Notes: generated from the sequence alone by a model not told the origin. DNA of 64,000 bases from Thermoplasmatota archaeon (GCA_041601615.1 JBFIHX010000002.1:46026-110025); one strand, 5' to 3'. Counted from the stretch's first letter, positions 1 to 10,101 are shown. A program made the numbers and translations.

Positions 1-355
1 GCGCTGCGTAGTAGCCAAGCAAGAACGGCGTTGCTTGGGGTTTCTTGGCAAGGTCGAAGAGGGCGGAAACGAGGGCGGCGGTGCCGACCAGAAACAAGAA
101 GCGCCGGGCCATGAGTACGAGGAGGGGAGCTGGTGGCTTGGGTTCGAAGGCGAGGACTGCCCATGCGTAGCCGCCGTCAAGCACCAGAAACGCGCTGAGG
201 CCGTACCAGAAGTAGAGCGTTTTTTGCAGGGGAACTCCGAGTCGAATTGCTTGGTGGACCCGGAATGCTACATAGAGGCAAAACAGGGTGGTGCCAAGAT
301 CTGCGAGAATGCCTATGGTGAGTGTCGAGAGCGCCAACGGACTCCCTGTCGCCAT
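1..355 (-). CDS. Multi-pass membrane protein, 3' end runs off the window
   Basis: Manual translation from ATG at 355: MATGSPLALSTLTIGILADLGTTLFCLYVAFRV...YFWYGLSAFLVLDGGYAWAVLAF... It has several hydrophobic segments and no stop before base 1. Absent from the ORF track because it is truncated. Confidence 0.7.
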   Translation of the reverse strand, partial: MATGSPLALSTLTIGILADLGTTLFCLYVAFRVHQAIRLGVPLQKTLYFWYGLSAFLVLDGGYAWAVLAFEPKPPAPLLVLMARRFLFLVGTAALVSALFDLAKKPQATPFLLGYYAA

Positions 356-439
356 GCTCCTTGTAGCCGGCGCAGGCGAAATCTGGCGAAGCGGCGGTCG
401 GTTCGGTCTGGTTTTAGCAAGGCGGCGGGTGTTGACGCC

Positions 440-829
440 GTGGAGAAAAAGTCGCTCGTGCAAGGATTCGGTGCTGCGTTGGTTGTCGCCGCCATCACTT
501 GGTTGCTGCCTGATTTGTACCAAGTGGCGTTGCTGGCGGGCTTGTTGTGGATCACCGTCGGGCTGTATGTGGGCATGGGCTTGATGCACAGCAAAGGGCA
601 CGCTCGGACGGAATTTCTTGCAGGCCTGCCGGTCCTCGGGCTCGCCATGCTGGCTTTTTGGAATCCGTGGGCCCTAGCGTTGGCGTGGCTGTTGCATCCG
701 CTGTGGGATGTCTTGCACGAAACAAACACCGTGAAAACCCACATCCACCCCAGCACCGTTGGATTCTGCATCGTGTTCGATGTGCTGGTGGCTGCCGTTT
801 CGGTGCTGGTGGCGCTGTCGTGGCTTTGA
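440..829 (+). CDS. Small membrane protein, DUF6010-like (HxxWDxxH motif)
   Basis: C-terminal hydrophobic part of ORF 35..829, with LHPLWDVLH and FCIVFD motifs. Start placed at GTG 440 because the upstream part overlaps the minus-strand gene. Confidence 0.6.
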   Translation: MEKKSLVQGFGAALVVAAITWLLPDLYQVALLAGLLWITVGLYVGMGLMHSKGHARTEFLAGLPVLGLAMLAFWNPWALALAWLLHPLWDVLHETNTVKTHIHPSTVGFCIVFDVLVAAVSVLVALSWL

Positions 830-871
830 GGCCGCAGGGCTAGAGACTGTCGCGTGCTGCCATCGCCACCT

Positions 872-1285
872 ATGCCCACCCTTATCATGCAACGAACCCA
901 CACGAGCCTTGTGTCGTTCAAGCGTCAGGTTCTCCTCCGAGCACCCCCCAAGACGGTGTTCCAATTTCTGTACGATGTGACACTGCTGGAGGAGTTCACC
1001 AAGTGGCGCGTGACGTTGCTTGGTGATGAGTTCGGAACGGGCTTCCAATGGCGAGAATCAAGGTTCTTGCGCAAGCGCGAATGGACCGTGACGGAGTACG
1101 ATCGGCGCGGGTGTTCCTTTGCAGCCGAATGGAACGGCGTGACGATTCGTTTGGTGGCCAAGAAGGGCGGGACCGGGTCCACCAACGTGCAGCTGCGCGT
1201 GGACGGCGACGAGGCGGCGGTGCGCAAGTTTGAGCGCAGCGATGGGGACCGGTTGGATCGGCTCAAGGAATTTTTGAAGGACTGA
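872..1285 (+). CDS. SRPBCC/START-like domain protein
   Basis: About 137 aa; APPKTVFQFLYDVT and GTGFQWRE pattern typical of SRPBCC folds. Confidence 0.6.
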   Translation: MPTLIMQRTHTSLVSFKRQVLLRAPPKTVFQFLYDVTLLEEFTKWRVTLLGDEFGTGFQWRESRFLRKREWTVTEYDRRGCSFAAEWNGVTIRLVAKKGGTGSTNVQLRVDGDEAAVRKFERSDGDRLDRLKEFLKD

Positions 1286-1323
1286 ATTTGGGTCGGTGCC
1301 TGGTGCCCCGGTTGCGGTGGCGC

Positions 1324-1767
1324 TCAGCTTTTGGCTTCACTGATTTCGAACAGGTGCCCGTCGGGGTCGCGAAAGAATGCGCGTACCTCGAACTCGGATT
1401 CCACGGGCGGGGTGAGAAAAACGGCGCCACGCGCACGCAGGGTCTCGTACGCGCCGCGGCAGTCGGGAACGCGAATGGTCATGGAGTGCGCGACCAAGCC
1501 GATTTGCTCAGGCGCGGCAAACGTCACTCCGGGTTTGTCCTCGGTCGGCCCGCCGCCGGTCACGAGTACCAGCCACGCTCCTTGGAAGTCGAACACCGCC
1601 GTGGAACCGTCGTATTCCCGGTACAATTTGGCTCCGAGCATGTCGCGGTAGAACTGCACGGCGGCGGCTAGGTCCGAGACCACGAGGATGTGGGAGATCG
1701 CCATGCCGGGTGTTGGAAACGGAGCGTTCGGTGTGCTTGGTTTCAGCTGCCCAGCGGCTTCTCGCAT
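1324..1767 (-). CDS. VOC/glyoxalase family protein
   Basis: HILVVSDLAAAVQFYRDMLG at the N-terminus and FFRDPDGHLFEI at the C-terminus. Start uncertain (1767 or 1704). Confidence 0.9.
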   Translation of the reverse strand: MREAAGQLKPSTPNAPFPTPGMAISHILVVSDLAAAVQFYRDMLGAKLYREYDGSTAVFDFQGAWLVLVTGGGPTEDKPGVTFAAPEQIGLVAHSMTIRVPDCRGAYETLRARGAVFLTPPVESEFEVRAFFRDPDGHLFEISEAKS

Positions 1768-1815
1768 CGAGGGGTATGCATCGCCAAGGCGCAAGTAGGT
1801 TTCCCGACGGCCAAG

Positions 1816-2820
1816 CTACGTGGCAACTGCCCACCCAAGATCGGCCAGTGTCGTGGTGCGCTCGAACAGGACCTTATCGTCGGCGTTCAAAAACTGCAAT
1901 CGGAAGGTTTCGCCTTTGATTTCCACCCAGGCAAAGCCCAGCGTGCCACCCGTGCTAAAATGCTCAGCAAAGCCACGGTCGTTGTCGGGTCGGAATTGGC
2001 CTGCGGCGCCACTGACCAGGATTTCTGTGCGGCCGCAGGAGTCCACGGGTTGGAGCCATTGCAAGTCATGGTCGTGACCTTGAACATGGAACTGGACGCG
2101 GTCGCAGATGCTGTTTTCCACGGCGGCCTTGAACGCCGGTTCGCCGTCTCCGTAGTTGCCGTTGCTGATGTAGTTGTAGTGCCCGAAGCTGATCTTCCAA
2201 GTGGCGTTGCTTGCTTCGATGGCCTCGCGGATCCAGCGCTGCTGCACGTCGCCGGCCGTAAGCTCCGTGTTGACAAAGTCTAGGGAGGAATCAATGGTGT
2301 CTGTGTCGAGGCTGAAAATTTCCAGCACGTCGCCAAATCGCTGGGCGTAGAACCGGGCCGGCATGTGCCACTTGTCGCTGGTGCGGTCGTCGCGGTAATG
2401 GTACTGGACTTGGGAATCACCAAGCACCGTCAAGTCGCCAGTGAGGCCGTTGTCGTGGTTGCCGAGCGTCAAGTAGAAGGGAATGTCCAGTGCTTGGTAG
2501 GGGATTTCGAATCGGTCCTCGAAGGCAGGGTCGTAGGCGGTCACGGCGCCCACTTCGTAGATATTGTCGCCGTTGGCCATGACAAAATCGCAGCCCATGC
2601 GGGCACAGACACGTTCCATCGCATCTGCCACGGCTTGCTGCGATGCGTCTCCAGTTCCCTGGTCACCGATGATCAAAAACCGCAATGGGCCAGAGCCATC
2701 GAACGGTACCACGGGTTGTGTCGGCGGGAGGTCGCTGGCGGGCGGCATTTCGGGTTCAGCCGCAAGACACCCCGAGAAAGTCAGACCGAGCAACAACGCC
2801 ACACTCCACAATCGCATCAC
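1816..2820 (-). CDS. Secreted lipoprotein metallophosphoesterase (purple acid phosphatase/TRAP-like)
   Basis: Lipobox-like FSGC; motifs GDQG, GDNIY, LGNHD, GHY, GHDH. Confidence 0.9.
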   Translation of the reverse strand: MMRLWSVALLLGLTFSGCLAAEPEMPPASDLPPTQPVVPFDGSGPLRFLIIGDQGTGDASQQAVADAMERVCARMGCDFVMANGDNIYEVGAVTAYDPAFEDRFEIPYQALDIPFYLTLGNHDNGLTGDLTVLGDSQVQYHYRDDRTSDKWHMPARFYAQRFGDVLEIFSLDTDTIDSSLDFVNTELTAGDVQQRWIREAIEASNATWKISFGHYNYISNGNYGDGEPAFKAAVENSICDRVQFHVQGHDHDLQWLQPVDSCGRTEILVSGAAGQFRPDNDRGFAEHFSTGGTLGFAWVEIKGETFRLQFLNADDKVLFERTTTLADLGWAVAT

Positions 2821-2889
2821 GCGTGTATCCGACCCGGTATATTGTACCCATGGAGAGGCGGGGTTGCCTCGCGATTTTGCCTGCGCTCG

Positions 2890-3222
2890 TCACGTCTGTG
2901 CTTGCCGGTCCAGAACCACTGACATCAGGATATCGGCGTAGTTTGGACTGTGTCGGGCGGCGGTGAGCAGCACAACGTTGGCGCCCAATAGAGCGGCCAG
3001 CGCCGATGGGTCCGCATCTTCCAATTCCATGCGGTACCGTGCCTCGAAAGCATCCCAGCTCATGCCGGCATGGTATGCCTTGCGCAATTCGTTGCTCGGG
3101 GCTAGGTCCTTGGCCCAGCCGTCCAAGTTTGCCGCCGCCTTGCTGACGCCACGAGGCCACAGCCGATCAACAAGGATGCGGGTGCCGCCGGACGGCTCGT
3201 CGTAGATGCGGGCGATGCGCAC
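2890..3222 (-). CDS. DUF488 family protein (YeaO-like)
   Basis: RILVDRLWPRGVSK and LAPSNELRK motifs. Confidence 0.9.
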   Translation of the reverse strand: MRIARIYDEPSGGTRILVDRLWPRGVSKAAANLDGWAKDLAPSNELRKAYHAGMSWDAFEARYRMELEDADPSALAALLGANVVLLTAARHSPNYADILMSVVLDRQAQT

Positions 3223-3262
3223 AATGGGCCATGCAGTGAGAGGTTTGTCAACGCTTCCCGGA

Positions 3263-4513
3263 TTAGGCGCTTGATTTCATGTCCGACGCGACTTTTGCCC
3301 AGTACCATGCTCCCCAGAAAATCGGGATCAGCGTGATGGCTACCAGAATGACCATGACTTGCACGCCTCCCAGGCCCTCCCCGAACCAGCCCACGGCGGC
3401 GCACGCAAGCACACCGGCGCCGAGGCTCGATTCGGTGCGGAACCGGGCGCCTTGGAACATGGGTGAGTATTCGTGCACGCGGCTGAGGCCAATCATGCAA
3501 AGCAGGGCAACGCCGACGCTTCCTGCCAAGAGCATTCGTTGTTCCAGTCCCAGGACTTCTCCTTCATGGCCGACGACGCTGAGCACTCCTGCGCCGGAGG
3601 CCGCGATGGCGCCGAGCAAGGGATAGTGCAGGAAACTTCGACCCATGGCGGCCCAAATCGAGGGCTTGAGGTGTTCGCGGGGAACCATGTCAAAGTACAG
3701 CCACCAGAGCTGGAACGCCAAAACCATCGCCAAGAATCCGGCCAGTTGTCCAAGCGCCGAGACATGGTGCAGGCCTGCCAGTCCATTGACGGTGCCCGCA
3801 ACCGTTTCTCCGAGCACGATGATGGTAAACAGACCAAACCTCTCGATGAGGTGGCTGTGGCTGAAGCGGGGCAGCAGCGCTTGTCGTCGTCGAATCAAGA
3901 CCGGTGTTGCCCAGTCGATGAGCAAACCGAGGGCCCAGAGCCACGGCCGCAAGGACTCTTCGAATGCGAAGGAGACAATCCAGGGAAGTAGGCCCAGCGT
4001 GAATCCCGTGACATAGCCGTCCGTAACCGGGCGTGCCGCCGCGTCGTGTCGGCCGCCGCGCCACCACAGCATGATGATCAGGAGGCGACCCACCGCGTAG
4101 CTAAGCGCGAATTGCAACGCTGTGTCACCAAAGGCGCCGTGCGCAAACACCGCCATCCCCACCACGGGAATCATTTGCAGGAACGTGAAGACGCGCTGGC
4201 TTACGTCCTCGGTTTCAAAGCGATCTGTGTAGAACGTGTTGCCGATCCACAACCACCAGACTGCCGCAAACAGGAGTGCAAACTGGCCTAGGTGTACAAG
4301 GTCGGGGTGGAGGGCCAATTCGTGGGCGATTTGTGCCACAGCCACCACGAAGATCAAGTCGTAGAACAGATCCAGAAATCCGACCTTACGTTCTTCGCCC
4401 TCGTCTTCGTCGCGGCGCAGTTGCGGTCGCGTCCACCAGCCCGTCACGACCAAGCACCGCCAGGTCCCTTGATAGCCGCCGCGACTCGGCACGACCCGCT
4501 GTTGCCATGCCAA
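3263..4513 (-). CDS. ltrA: Low temperature requirement protein A family membrane protein
   Basis: FLDLFYDLIFVVAV and HLIERFGLFTIIVLGE signatures; polytopic. True start is probably somewhat downstream of 4513. Confidence 0.9.
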   Translation of the reverse strand: MAWQQRVVPSRGGYQGTWRCLVVTGWWTRPQLRRDEDEGEERKVGFLDLFYDLIFVVAVAQIAHELALHPDLVHLGQFALLFAAVWWLWIGNTFYTDRFETEDVSQRVFTFLQMIPVVGMAVFAHGAFGDTALQFALSYAVGRLLIIMLWWRGGRHDAAARPVTDGYVTGFTLGLLPWIVSFAFEESLRPWLWALGLLIDWATPVLIRRRQALLPRFSHSHLIERFGLFTIIVLGETVAGTVNGLAGLHHVSALGQLAGFLAMVLAFQLWWLYFDMVPREHLKPSIWAAMGRSFLHYPLLGAIAASGAGVLSVVGHEGEVLGLEQRMLLAGSVGVALLCMIGLSRVHEYSPMFQGARFRTESSLGAGVLACAAVGWFGEGLGGVQVMVILVAITLIPIFWGAWYWAKVASDMKSSA

Positions 4514-4544
4514 GCGCCAAGAACGCCACTAGGGTCGCAGCCCT

Positions 4545-4985
4545 ATGAGCAACGCTTCTGCAACACGGACCATCAATGCAAACAAGAAGGACATCTGGGC
4601 CAAGCTTGCAGACTTTGGCAACATCGGCGACTGGTCCAGTGGGGTTGTTTCCAGCAACTGGGAGAGCGACACCCGCCACGGCGTCGGCATGGAACGCCAC
4701 TGCGACTTGGGCAAGGGCAAGTTCCTCAAGGAACGAGTCATCAAGTGCACCAACCAGTCCGAGATGGTCATCGACTTCTTCGACCACAACATGCCGCTCA
4801 AGAGTGGGCAAGCGACCTTTTCGCTAGGCAAGAAGGAGAAGCAAGGCGTGCCGGTGACCTTCTCGGTGGACTACCAACTCAAATTCGGTCCCGTCGGGGC
4901 CCTGCTGGACAAGGTGATGGTGCGCAAGGAGTACAGCCGCGTCGCCAACCAAATGCTCACCGACCTGGAAGCAAGCCTCGCCTAA
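4545..4985 (+). CDS. SRPBCC family protein (polyketide cyclase/dehydrase-like)
   Basis: IWAKLADFGNIGDWSSGV and GVGMERHC pattern. Confidence 0.85.
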   Translation: MSNASATRTINANKKDIWAKLADFGNIGDWSSGVVSSNWESDTRHGVGMERHCDLGKGKFLKERVIKCTNQSEMVIDFFDHNMPLKSGQATFSLGKKEKQGVPVTFSVDYQLKFGPVGALLDKVMVRKEYSRVANQMLTDLEASLA

Positions 4986-5050
4986 CGAGGTCGAGAAGGC
5001 AGCTCGGAAGCAGCGCCTTGCTCGCGCCTAGCCCGCCCGCACTTGCTTGT

Positions 5051-5707
5051 TCAAGAGAGGAACGTCAGGGTCCCAGAAACCGTAAACTGCTCGTCCACGC
5101 TGATGTAGCCAATCAGCGGATCCTGGTGAAGCAGAAGTGTAGGGTTGTAGACGTAGATGTGCACAAGGTTGTCCTCGTCCATGACGAGGTCTAGGTCTTG
5201 GAGACTGATCGTTAGGGGGCTTGTGCCTTCTTGGTTCTCGACGAAGGTCGAATTGGTGCCCATGCGCATCAGCCCGATGCCGAGTTGCTGCGTTACGGGG
5301 GACGAGGCTGTCCATTCCAAGGTGATTTCGGCACCTACGAGGGTCGCGCCGGGTTGCTCCAGCAACAAATCTCGATTTCCTGCGATTGCATTGACGCCTG
5401 AACAGGAGTTGAGGGTGCCATCTTCGCAGACAATGGCCCGAGTCCCGAGGTTTCCCTCAAGACGAATGTCCACTTCTGCGAAGGTGGGCCCGGCTTCCGT
5501 CGTGTCGCCGTCGGTTGCGTTGGGGCTTGTGCTGGTTCGGGGGCTGCTGTTTGTGCCGGTATTGGGGCTGGTGCTGCCGCCGGAGTCCTGTGATTTCAGG
5601 TCAGTTGTGTCATCTTCCGGGGCAAACACTCCCGGTCCGCCGTCGTCGGTACATCCGGCCAAGGTCGTTATGGCCACTAGCAGAATGATCAATGGCGTGA
5701 TTCGCAT
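5051..5707 (-). CDS. Secreted lipoprotein with Ser/Thr/Pro-rich linker
   Basis: MRITPLIILLVAITTLAGC lipobox, low-complexity S/T/P linker, then a beta-rich domain (ITLEW...). Confidence 0.8.
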   Translation of the reverse strand: MRITPLIILLVAITTLAGCTDDGGPGVFAPEDDTTDLKSQDSGGSTSPNTGTNSSPRTSTSPNATDGDTTEAGPTFAEVDIRLEGNLGTRAIVCEDGTLNSCSGVNAIAGNRDLLLEQPGATLVGAEITLEWTASSPVTQQLGIGLMRMGTNSTFVENQEGTSPLTISLQDLDLVMDEDNLVHIYVYNPTLLLHQDPLIGYISVDEQFTVSGTLTFLS

Positions 5708-5780
5708 GGAACCACAGTTTGCAACTGTCTTGAAATGCTTTTGCGGCGGTTTGAACAACAGTTCGAGCAATCCGGAGTGT

Positions 5781-6164
5781 CTATCGACGTTCAATCCAGG
5801 CTTGAAGCCAATTTGGCCTTGACCACCAAGCTGTGAGTGCGGCAAGTCCCACCACGACCAAGGGCGGGACTGACAAACCGAATTCTCCATTTGCTAGGCG
5901 CGTGACGAATGCGGCCGCCATGACGCCGGTTACGAGTACTGCGCCATAGAACCGTGTCCAGGGTAGAATCATGGCGATGGCTCCGCCCAGTTCGAGTACA
6001 CCTGTGACGGGGCTCATCCAGGCGGGGTAGCCCCATCTCAGGAATTCGTCGCGCCAAAAATCGGGGTGGATGAATTTGTCCAGCCCACCGATTCCTGCAA
6101 TGAGCGCCGCAAGCAACAGAACGCCCCATCGGCCGATGGCAGCGAGGTACTTGTTGTTGGCCAT
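5781..6164 (-). CDS. DoxX family membrane protein
   Basis: GLDKF...FLRWGYPAW...GVLELGGA pattern; about 4 TM segments. Confidence 0.85.
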   Translation of the reverse strand: MANNKYLAAIGRWGVLLLAALIAGIGGLDKFIHPDFWRDEFLRWGYPAWMSPVTGVLELGGAIAMILPWTRFYGAVLVTGVMAAAFVTRLANGEFGLSVPPLVVVGLAALTAWWSRPNWLQAWIERR

Positions 6165-6263
6165 GACGCCGCATCCGAGCCCCAAGGATTAGAGCAGTCG
6201 GTATGAATGCGCGGCGCCTGCCAACACCGTGCAAGCCATACGCCTGCGCCGACTTGCTGCATC

Positions 6264-6734
6264 GTGGTCCAGGTCCGGCTCGCGGCTCCGTCTGATGCAC
6301 CAGCGCTCCATGATTTGATGTTGGCAGCGTTTGATTCGTTTCGGCCCTTGTACACGCCGGGTTGTTTCGACGCCACGGTGCTGGACGCCACGCGCATCCG
6401 AAAACGCATGGCGGAGGGCCCAGTTTGGGTTGCCGAGACGGAAGACGGCGCATTCGTAGGCACTTTGGCAGTGGTGGAGGACGCACGCGGCGTGTACTTG
6501 CGCGGTATGGCGGTGCATCCAGACGCCCGACGTGGCGGCATCGGTCGGCACCTTCTGGAGGCGGCGGAAGCGTTTGGCCGGGACTGTGGAGCCGCGTGTT
6601 TGTGGTTGAGCACGACTCCGTTCCTGCTTGGTTCCATCGCGCTCTACGAACGGTTTGGCTTCGTGCATGGCGCCAAGGGGCCACCGGACTTGTTTGGCAC
6701 TCCTTTGCTTTCGATGCAAAAGCGCCTCGCTTGA
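6264..6734 (+). CDS. GNAT family N-acetyltransferase
   Basis: MAVHPDARRGGIGRHLL acetyl-CoA motif A; ALYERFGF. Confidence 0.9.
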   Translation: MVQVRLAAPSDAPALHDLMLAAFDSFRPLYTPGCFDATVLDATRIRKRMAEGPVWVAETEDGAFVGTLAVVEDARGVYLRGMAVHPDARRGGIGRHLLEAAEAFGRDCGAACLWLSTTPFLLGSIALYERFGFVHGAKGPPDLFGTPLLSMQKRLA

Positions 6735-6777
6735 AGACCCCCAAGCAATTTTGTGGCCAACATTTCATTGCCTAGCC

Positions 6778-7245
6778 ATGAACCGCGTCGTAGCCCTTCT
6801 TGGATTCCTCTTCGTTGTGGGGGCTGCCGCCATCTTCGGTTCCCTTGCGACGATTGATGCCGCGGACCAATACGCGCTCTTGGATCAACCATCCTGGGCG
6901 CCCCCGGGTTGGTTGTTTGGGCCCGTGTGGACGCTTCTCTACGCAGCCATCGCCGTAGCCGCCTGGCGCGTCCATGGAATCGTTGGTTCCTTGCGGGCTC
7001 CTGAGATGGCGTGGTTCGGGGCACAACTGCTGTTCAATGCAGTTTGGTCGCCGTTGTTTTTTGCTTTCCAATTGCGCGGCTTTGCATTGGCCTGGATTAT
7101 AGCGCTGGATGTCCTCGTCGCGGTGACTCTGTGGCGTTTCTGGCGCCAGGACCGTGTCGCGGGAATCTTGTTCGTGCCCTACCTAGCGTGGGTGCTGTTT
7201 GCCACGGGGCTCAATGCAGCAGTTTGGTGGCTGAACAGGGCTTAA
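6778..7245 (+). CDS. tspO: TspO/MBR family tryptophan-rich sensory protein
   Basis: LDQPSWAPPGWLFGPVWTLLY, QLLFNAVWSPLFF and PYLAWVLFATGLN signatures. Confidence 0.95.
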   Translation: MNRVVALLGFLFVVGAAAIFGSLATIDAADQYALLDQPSWAPPGWLFGPVWTLLYAAIAVAAWRVHGIVGSLRAPEMAWFGAQLLFNAVWSPLFFAFQLRGFALAWIIALDVLVAVTLWRFWRQDRVAGILFVPYLAWVLFATGLNAAVWWLNRA

Positions 7246-7352
7246 TCCATTGCCTTGGGCATGCTGGCGGGAGTCGGACGCAGACATTCATGGCCATGGT
7301 AATCAAGGAGGCAAGCAAGTGAAAGAAGTGGAAGAGTGCCGCTTGCGTGGGG

Positions 7353-7637
7353 CTAGACAATGTGGATCTGCGGCTTTTCGAGCACGCGGATTTGGGGCTC
7401 GCCTTTGACGCCGCCCTCCTTCAGTGCCTGCTTGAGGTGCGGGTCGGCCATGAACTTCTCCAGGCTCTGAAGGTTGGTGAAGTCGCAGGTGACGCAGACA
7501 TGGTTGGGCTGGGCTGCATCTTGGAAGACATGCTCGTTCTTGATGCCGTGTTTTTGGCGGGTGGCGGCGTCGCGTTCGTAGGCCTTCTTCCAGGTTGCAA
7601 AGTCGTTGACGTCGTGTTCGATGAGTACGCTGGTCAT
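7353..7637 (-). CDS. Small dimeric alpha+beta barrel ('cyclase'/ABM-like) protein
   Basis: HDVNDFATWKKAYE...F...P.LKQALKEGGV.GEP pattern; paralog at 13768..14055. Confidence 0.75.
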   Translation of the reverse strand: MTSVLIEHDVNDFATWKKAYERDAATRQKHGIKNEHVFQDAAQPNHVCVTCDFTNLQSLEKFMADPHLKQALKEGGVKGEPQIRVLEKPQIHIV

Positions 7638-7709
7638 GTGGTATCCCTCCGGGGGATGGTGCCATGGCGACTCTGGGAACCACCTTTCCCAAAAATCAAG
7701 CGTTGTGCC

Positions 7710-8339
7710 CTACGGTTTCTTGCGCATTTGGACAATCCACCAACCATCTTCCCGAGCGACTTCGCAGCCACCAAAGGGGGACGCTTTCGCTCGTCGCACC
7801 ACGTCCCGCTCCAAGGCACTCGTAGTGTAACCGTGCACTCGAAACACCTGCCGGACCCACCAAGTGAGGCCCCAGAAGGGGCGGCGACCGGTCCAGGCTT
7901 GCAACTCGTCTCGGGTCATGTCGCCGGCGCCTTCGATGATCCAGAGTGCACCGCCGGGTTGCAATACGCGATGGATTTCGTCCAGGCCTCCGTCCGGGTC
8001 GATCCAGTGGTGGAAGGTCTCTGAAGCAAGAACCCAATCGCGGCTTGCTGCCGGGAGGTCCAGGTCGTGGCTGGCTCCGATTTGGTACTGCAGGTTGGGC
8101 GCTTGGTGTTTGGCGGTGGCCATGCGCACTTGACGAGGATCAAGGTCTACGCCGAGCACTTTCGCGTTCGGATGTGTCTTCGCGAGGGCGGCAGCTAGGT
8201 GTCCCGGGCCGCAACCTACGTCCAGAATTGCGTGTGCATCCGGCTGGCGCTCTGCGATCCTGGCGTAAAACCGCTGCAACCGCCGAGCCACCACATGGTC
8301 GTAGAATCGATGGCCGCCGAGCGGAATCGTCTGGCGCAC
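7710..8339 (-). CDS. Class I SAM-dependent methyltransferase
   Basis: ILDVGCGPG motif I, GVDLD, FHHW, RVLQPGG. Start uncertain (GTG 8339 chosen). Confidence 0.85.
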   Translation of the reverse strand: MRQTIPLGGHRFYDHVVARRLQRFYARIAERQPDAHAILDVGCGPGHLAAALAKTHPNAKVLGVDLDPRQVRMATAKHQAPNLQYQIGASHDLDLPAASRDWVLASETFHHWIDPDGGLDEIHRVLQPGGALWIIEGAGDMTRDELQAWTGRRPFWGLTWWVRQVFRVHGYTTSALERDVVRRAKASPFGGCEVAREDGWWIVQMRKKP

Positions 8340-8427
8340 AGGACCAGAAGGAGGCGCATGGCATTGACCGTATGGGACAAGAATGCTGGGCAGCACTCCA
8401 AACGTCGGGCCCAGCTGCGTGCTTTGT

Positions 8428-10101
8428 CTAGAGCGCGTCAATGCGGGCGTGCAGCTCCGCCAAGGTCCGAGCATCGAGTGGCTGCGGTGGGCGGGAAGCA
8501 GCAGCAGGTGCGGGCGCGGACACGGCGACGGGAGACCGGGAAGGAGCATTTCGACTCGCTTGCGCGGCGCCTGATTCCGAATCCATCCGGCCCGTGGATT
8601 GGGCTTGATCGGCGCGTCGGGGCATCAACAGGAACACCAAGATAGCAGTGGCCAGCGCCACGGCGGCGCCCACAAGGTAGGCGACCTGTACGGCGTCTAG
8701 GAAGGCCGCTTGCGCAGAGGAGACGAGTACGGCCCCGTCGGCTCCGGCGTTGCGCCCGATCATCATGGCGTTGATGATGGAGTCTTCCGGGTGGCGGCCG
8801 GCATCGAAGCTGAGGCTCTCGGGGATGCTGAGTTTGGCCTTGTAGACGGCGTTGAAGATGCTGCCAAGAATCGCGATGCCGAAGGCTCCGCCCACTTCGC
8901 GGCTGGTGTCGTTCATGGCGCTGCCCACCCCGGCTTTGTGCGACGGGATGCTGTCCATGATGAGTGTCGTGCTGGGTGCCATGGCGAGACCCATTCCAAG
9001 ACCAAGGCCAAGGAATCCGAGCGCCAGGGCCCAGTACGGCGTTGCCATGCCGACAAACGAGAGTCCGAAGAACGCGGCGGCCACCAATGCGATGCCCACG
9101 GTGACGGTGCGAGGGGTGCCGATGAGGCGCACAAGTTTGTCGCTTCGCGGGGCGGCCAAAATCAAGCCGGCGGCCAGCGGCAGCGTCCGGATTCCTGCTT
9201 CAAGGGGGCTGAAGCCACGCAGGAATTGGAGGTACTGCGTCATGACGAAGAAGAACGCGAACATGACGAAGAAGGACAGCCCCAGTGCGAGGTTACCCAT
9301 GGAAAATCCGCGGCTGGAAAAGAACCGCATCGGCAGCATGGGGTGCGGTGTGCGCAGCTCCCAGAACACGAAGGCGGGCCAGGTCACCGCGGCGACGGCA
9401 AAGCCCGTGATTACTTCGATGCTGCTCCAGCCCTTGCTGGGGCCTTCGATGATGGCAAAGAGCAGGCTGGCCAGCGCAACAATGGAAAGCAGACTGCCGA
9501 CGGGATCCAGCCGCGTCTGGTGCGGGTCGCGGCTCGTGGGGATCAAAAACAATCCCGCGACCATGGCGATGACCACCACGGGGACGTTGAGCCAGAAAAT
9601 GCTGGGCCAATTGAACGATTCAAGCAACGCTCCTCCGACGACCGGGCCGATGGCGCCGCCGATGCCGGCAAACGCGGCCCAAATGCCCAACGCTTTGCCG
9701 CGCTCATCGGGAGCAAAGACGTGCGTGAGAATGGAAAGTGTTGCAGGCATGACAAGTGCTGCGCCCAGCCCCATGACCGCGCGGGCGATGATCAGCGTCA
9801 GCACACTGTCTGCGAAGGTGGCCGCGACACTGCTGATTCCGACGATGGCGAGGCCAAGTTGGAGGGCGCCGCGACGACCGAAGCGGTCTCCAAGTGCGCC
9901 CATGGTCAACAAGAGGCCTCCAAACACGAGTGCGTAGGCGTCGACGATCCATTGCAGGTCGCTGGTGCTGGCGCCAAGGGCTGGACCGAGCGTCGGGATG
10001 GCCACGTTCAGAACCGAGTTTCCAAGCACCACCATGATGAGGCTCAGGCAGAGCACGCCGAGGATGCTCCAGCGGCGGCGGTGGATGGTCTCTGGGTCCA
10101 T
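8428..10101 (-). CDS. MFS drug efflux transporter, DHA2 (EmrB/QacA) family
   Basis: 14-TM pattern; LGDRFGRR motif A, WPSIFWLNVP, LDPVG. Confidence 0.95.
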   Translation of the reverse strand: MDPETIHRRRWSILGVLCLSLIMVVLGNSVLNVAIPTLGPALGASTSDLQWIVDAYALVFGGLLLTMGALGDRFGRRGALQLGLAIVGISSVAATFADSVLTLIIARAVMGLGAALVMPATLSILTHVFAPDERGKALGIWAAFAGIGGAIGPVVGGALLESFNWPSIFWLNVPVVVIAMVAGLFLIPTSRDPHQTRLDPVGSLLSIVALASLLFAIIEGPSKGWSSIEVITGFAVAAVTWPAFVFWELRTPHPMLPMRFFSSRGFSMGNLALGLSFFVMFAFFFVMTQYLQFLRGFSPLEAGIRTLPLAAGLILAAPRSDKLVRLIGTPRTVTVGIALVAAAFFGLSFVGMATPYWALALGFLGLGLGMGLAMAPSTTLIMDSIPSHKAGVGSAMNDTSREVGGAFGIAILGSIFNAVYKAKLSIPESLSFDAGRHPEDSIINAMMIGRNAGADGAVLVSSAQAAFLDAVQVAYLVGAAVALATAILVFLLMPRRADQAQSTGRMDSESGAAQASRNAPSRSPVAVSAPAPAAASRPPQPLDARTLAELHARIDAL

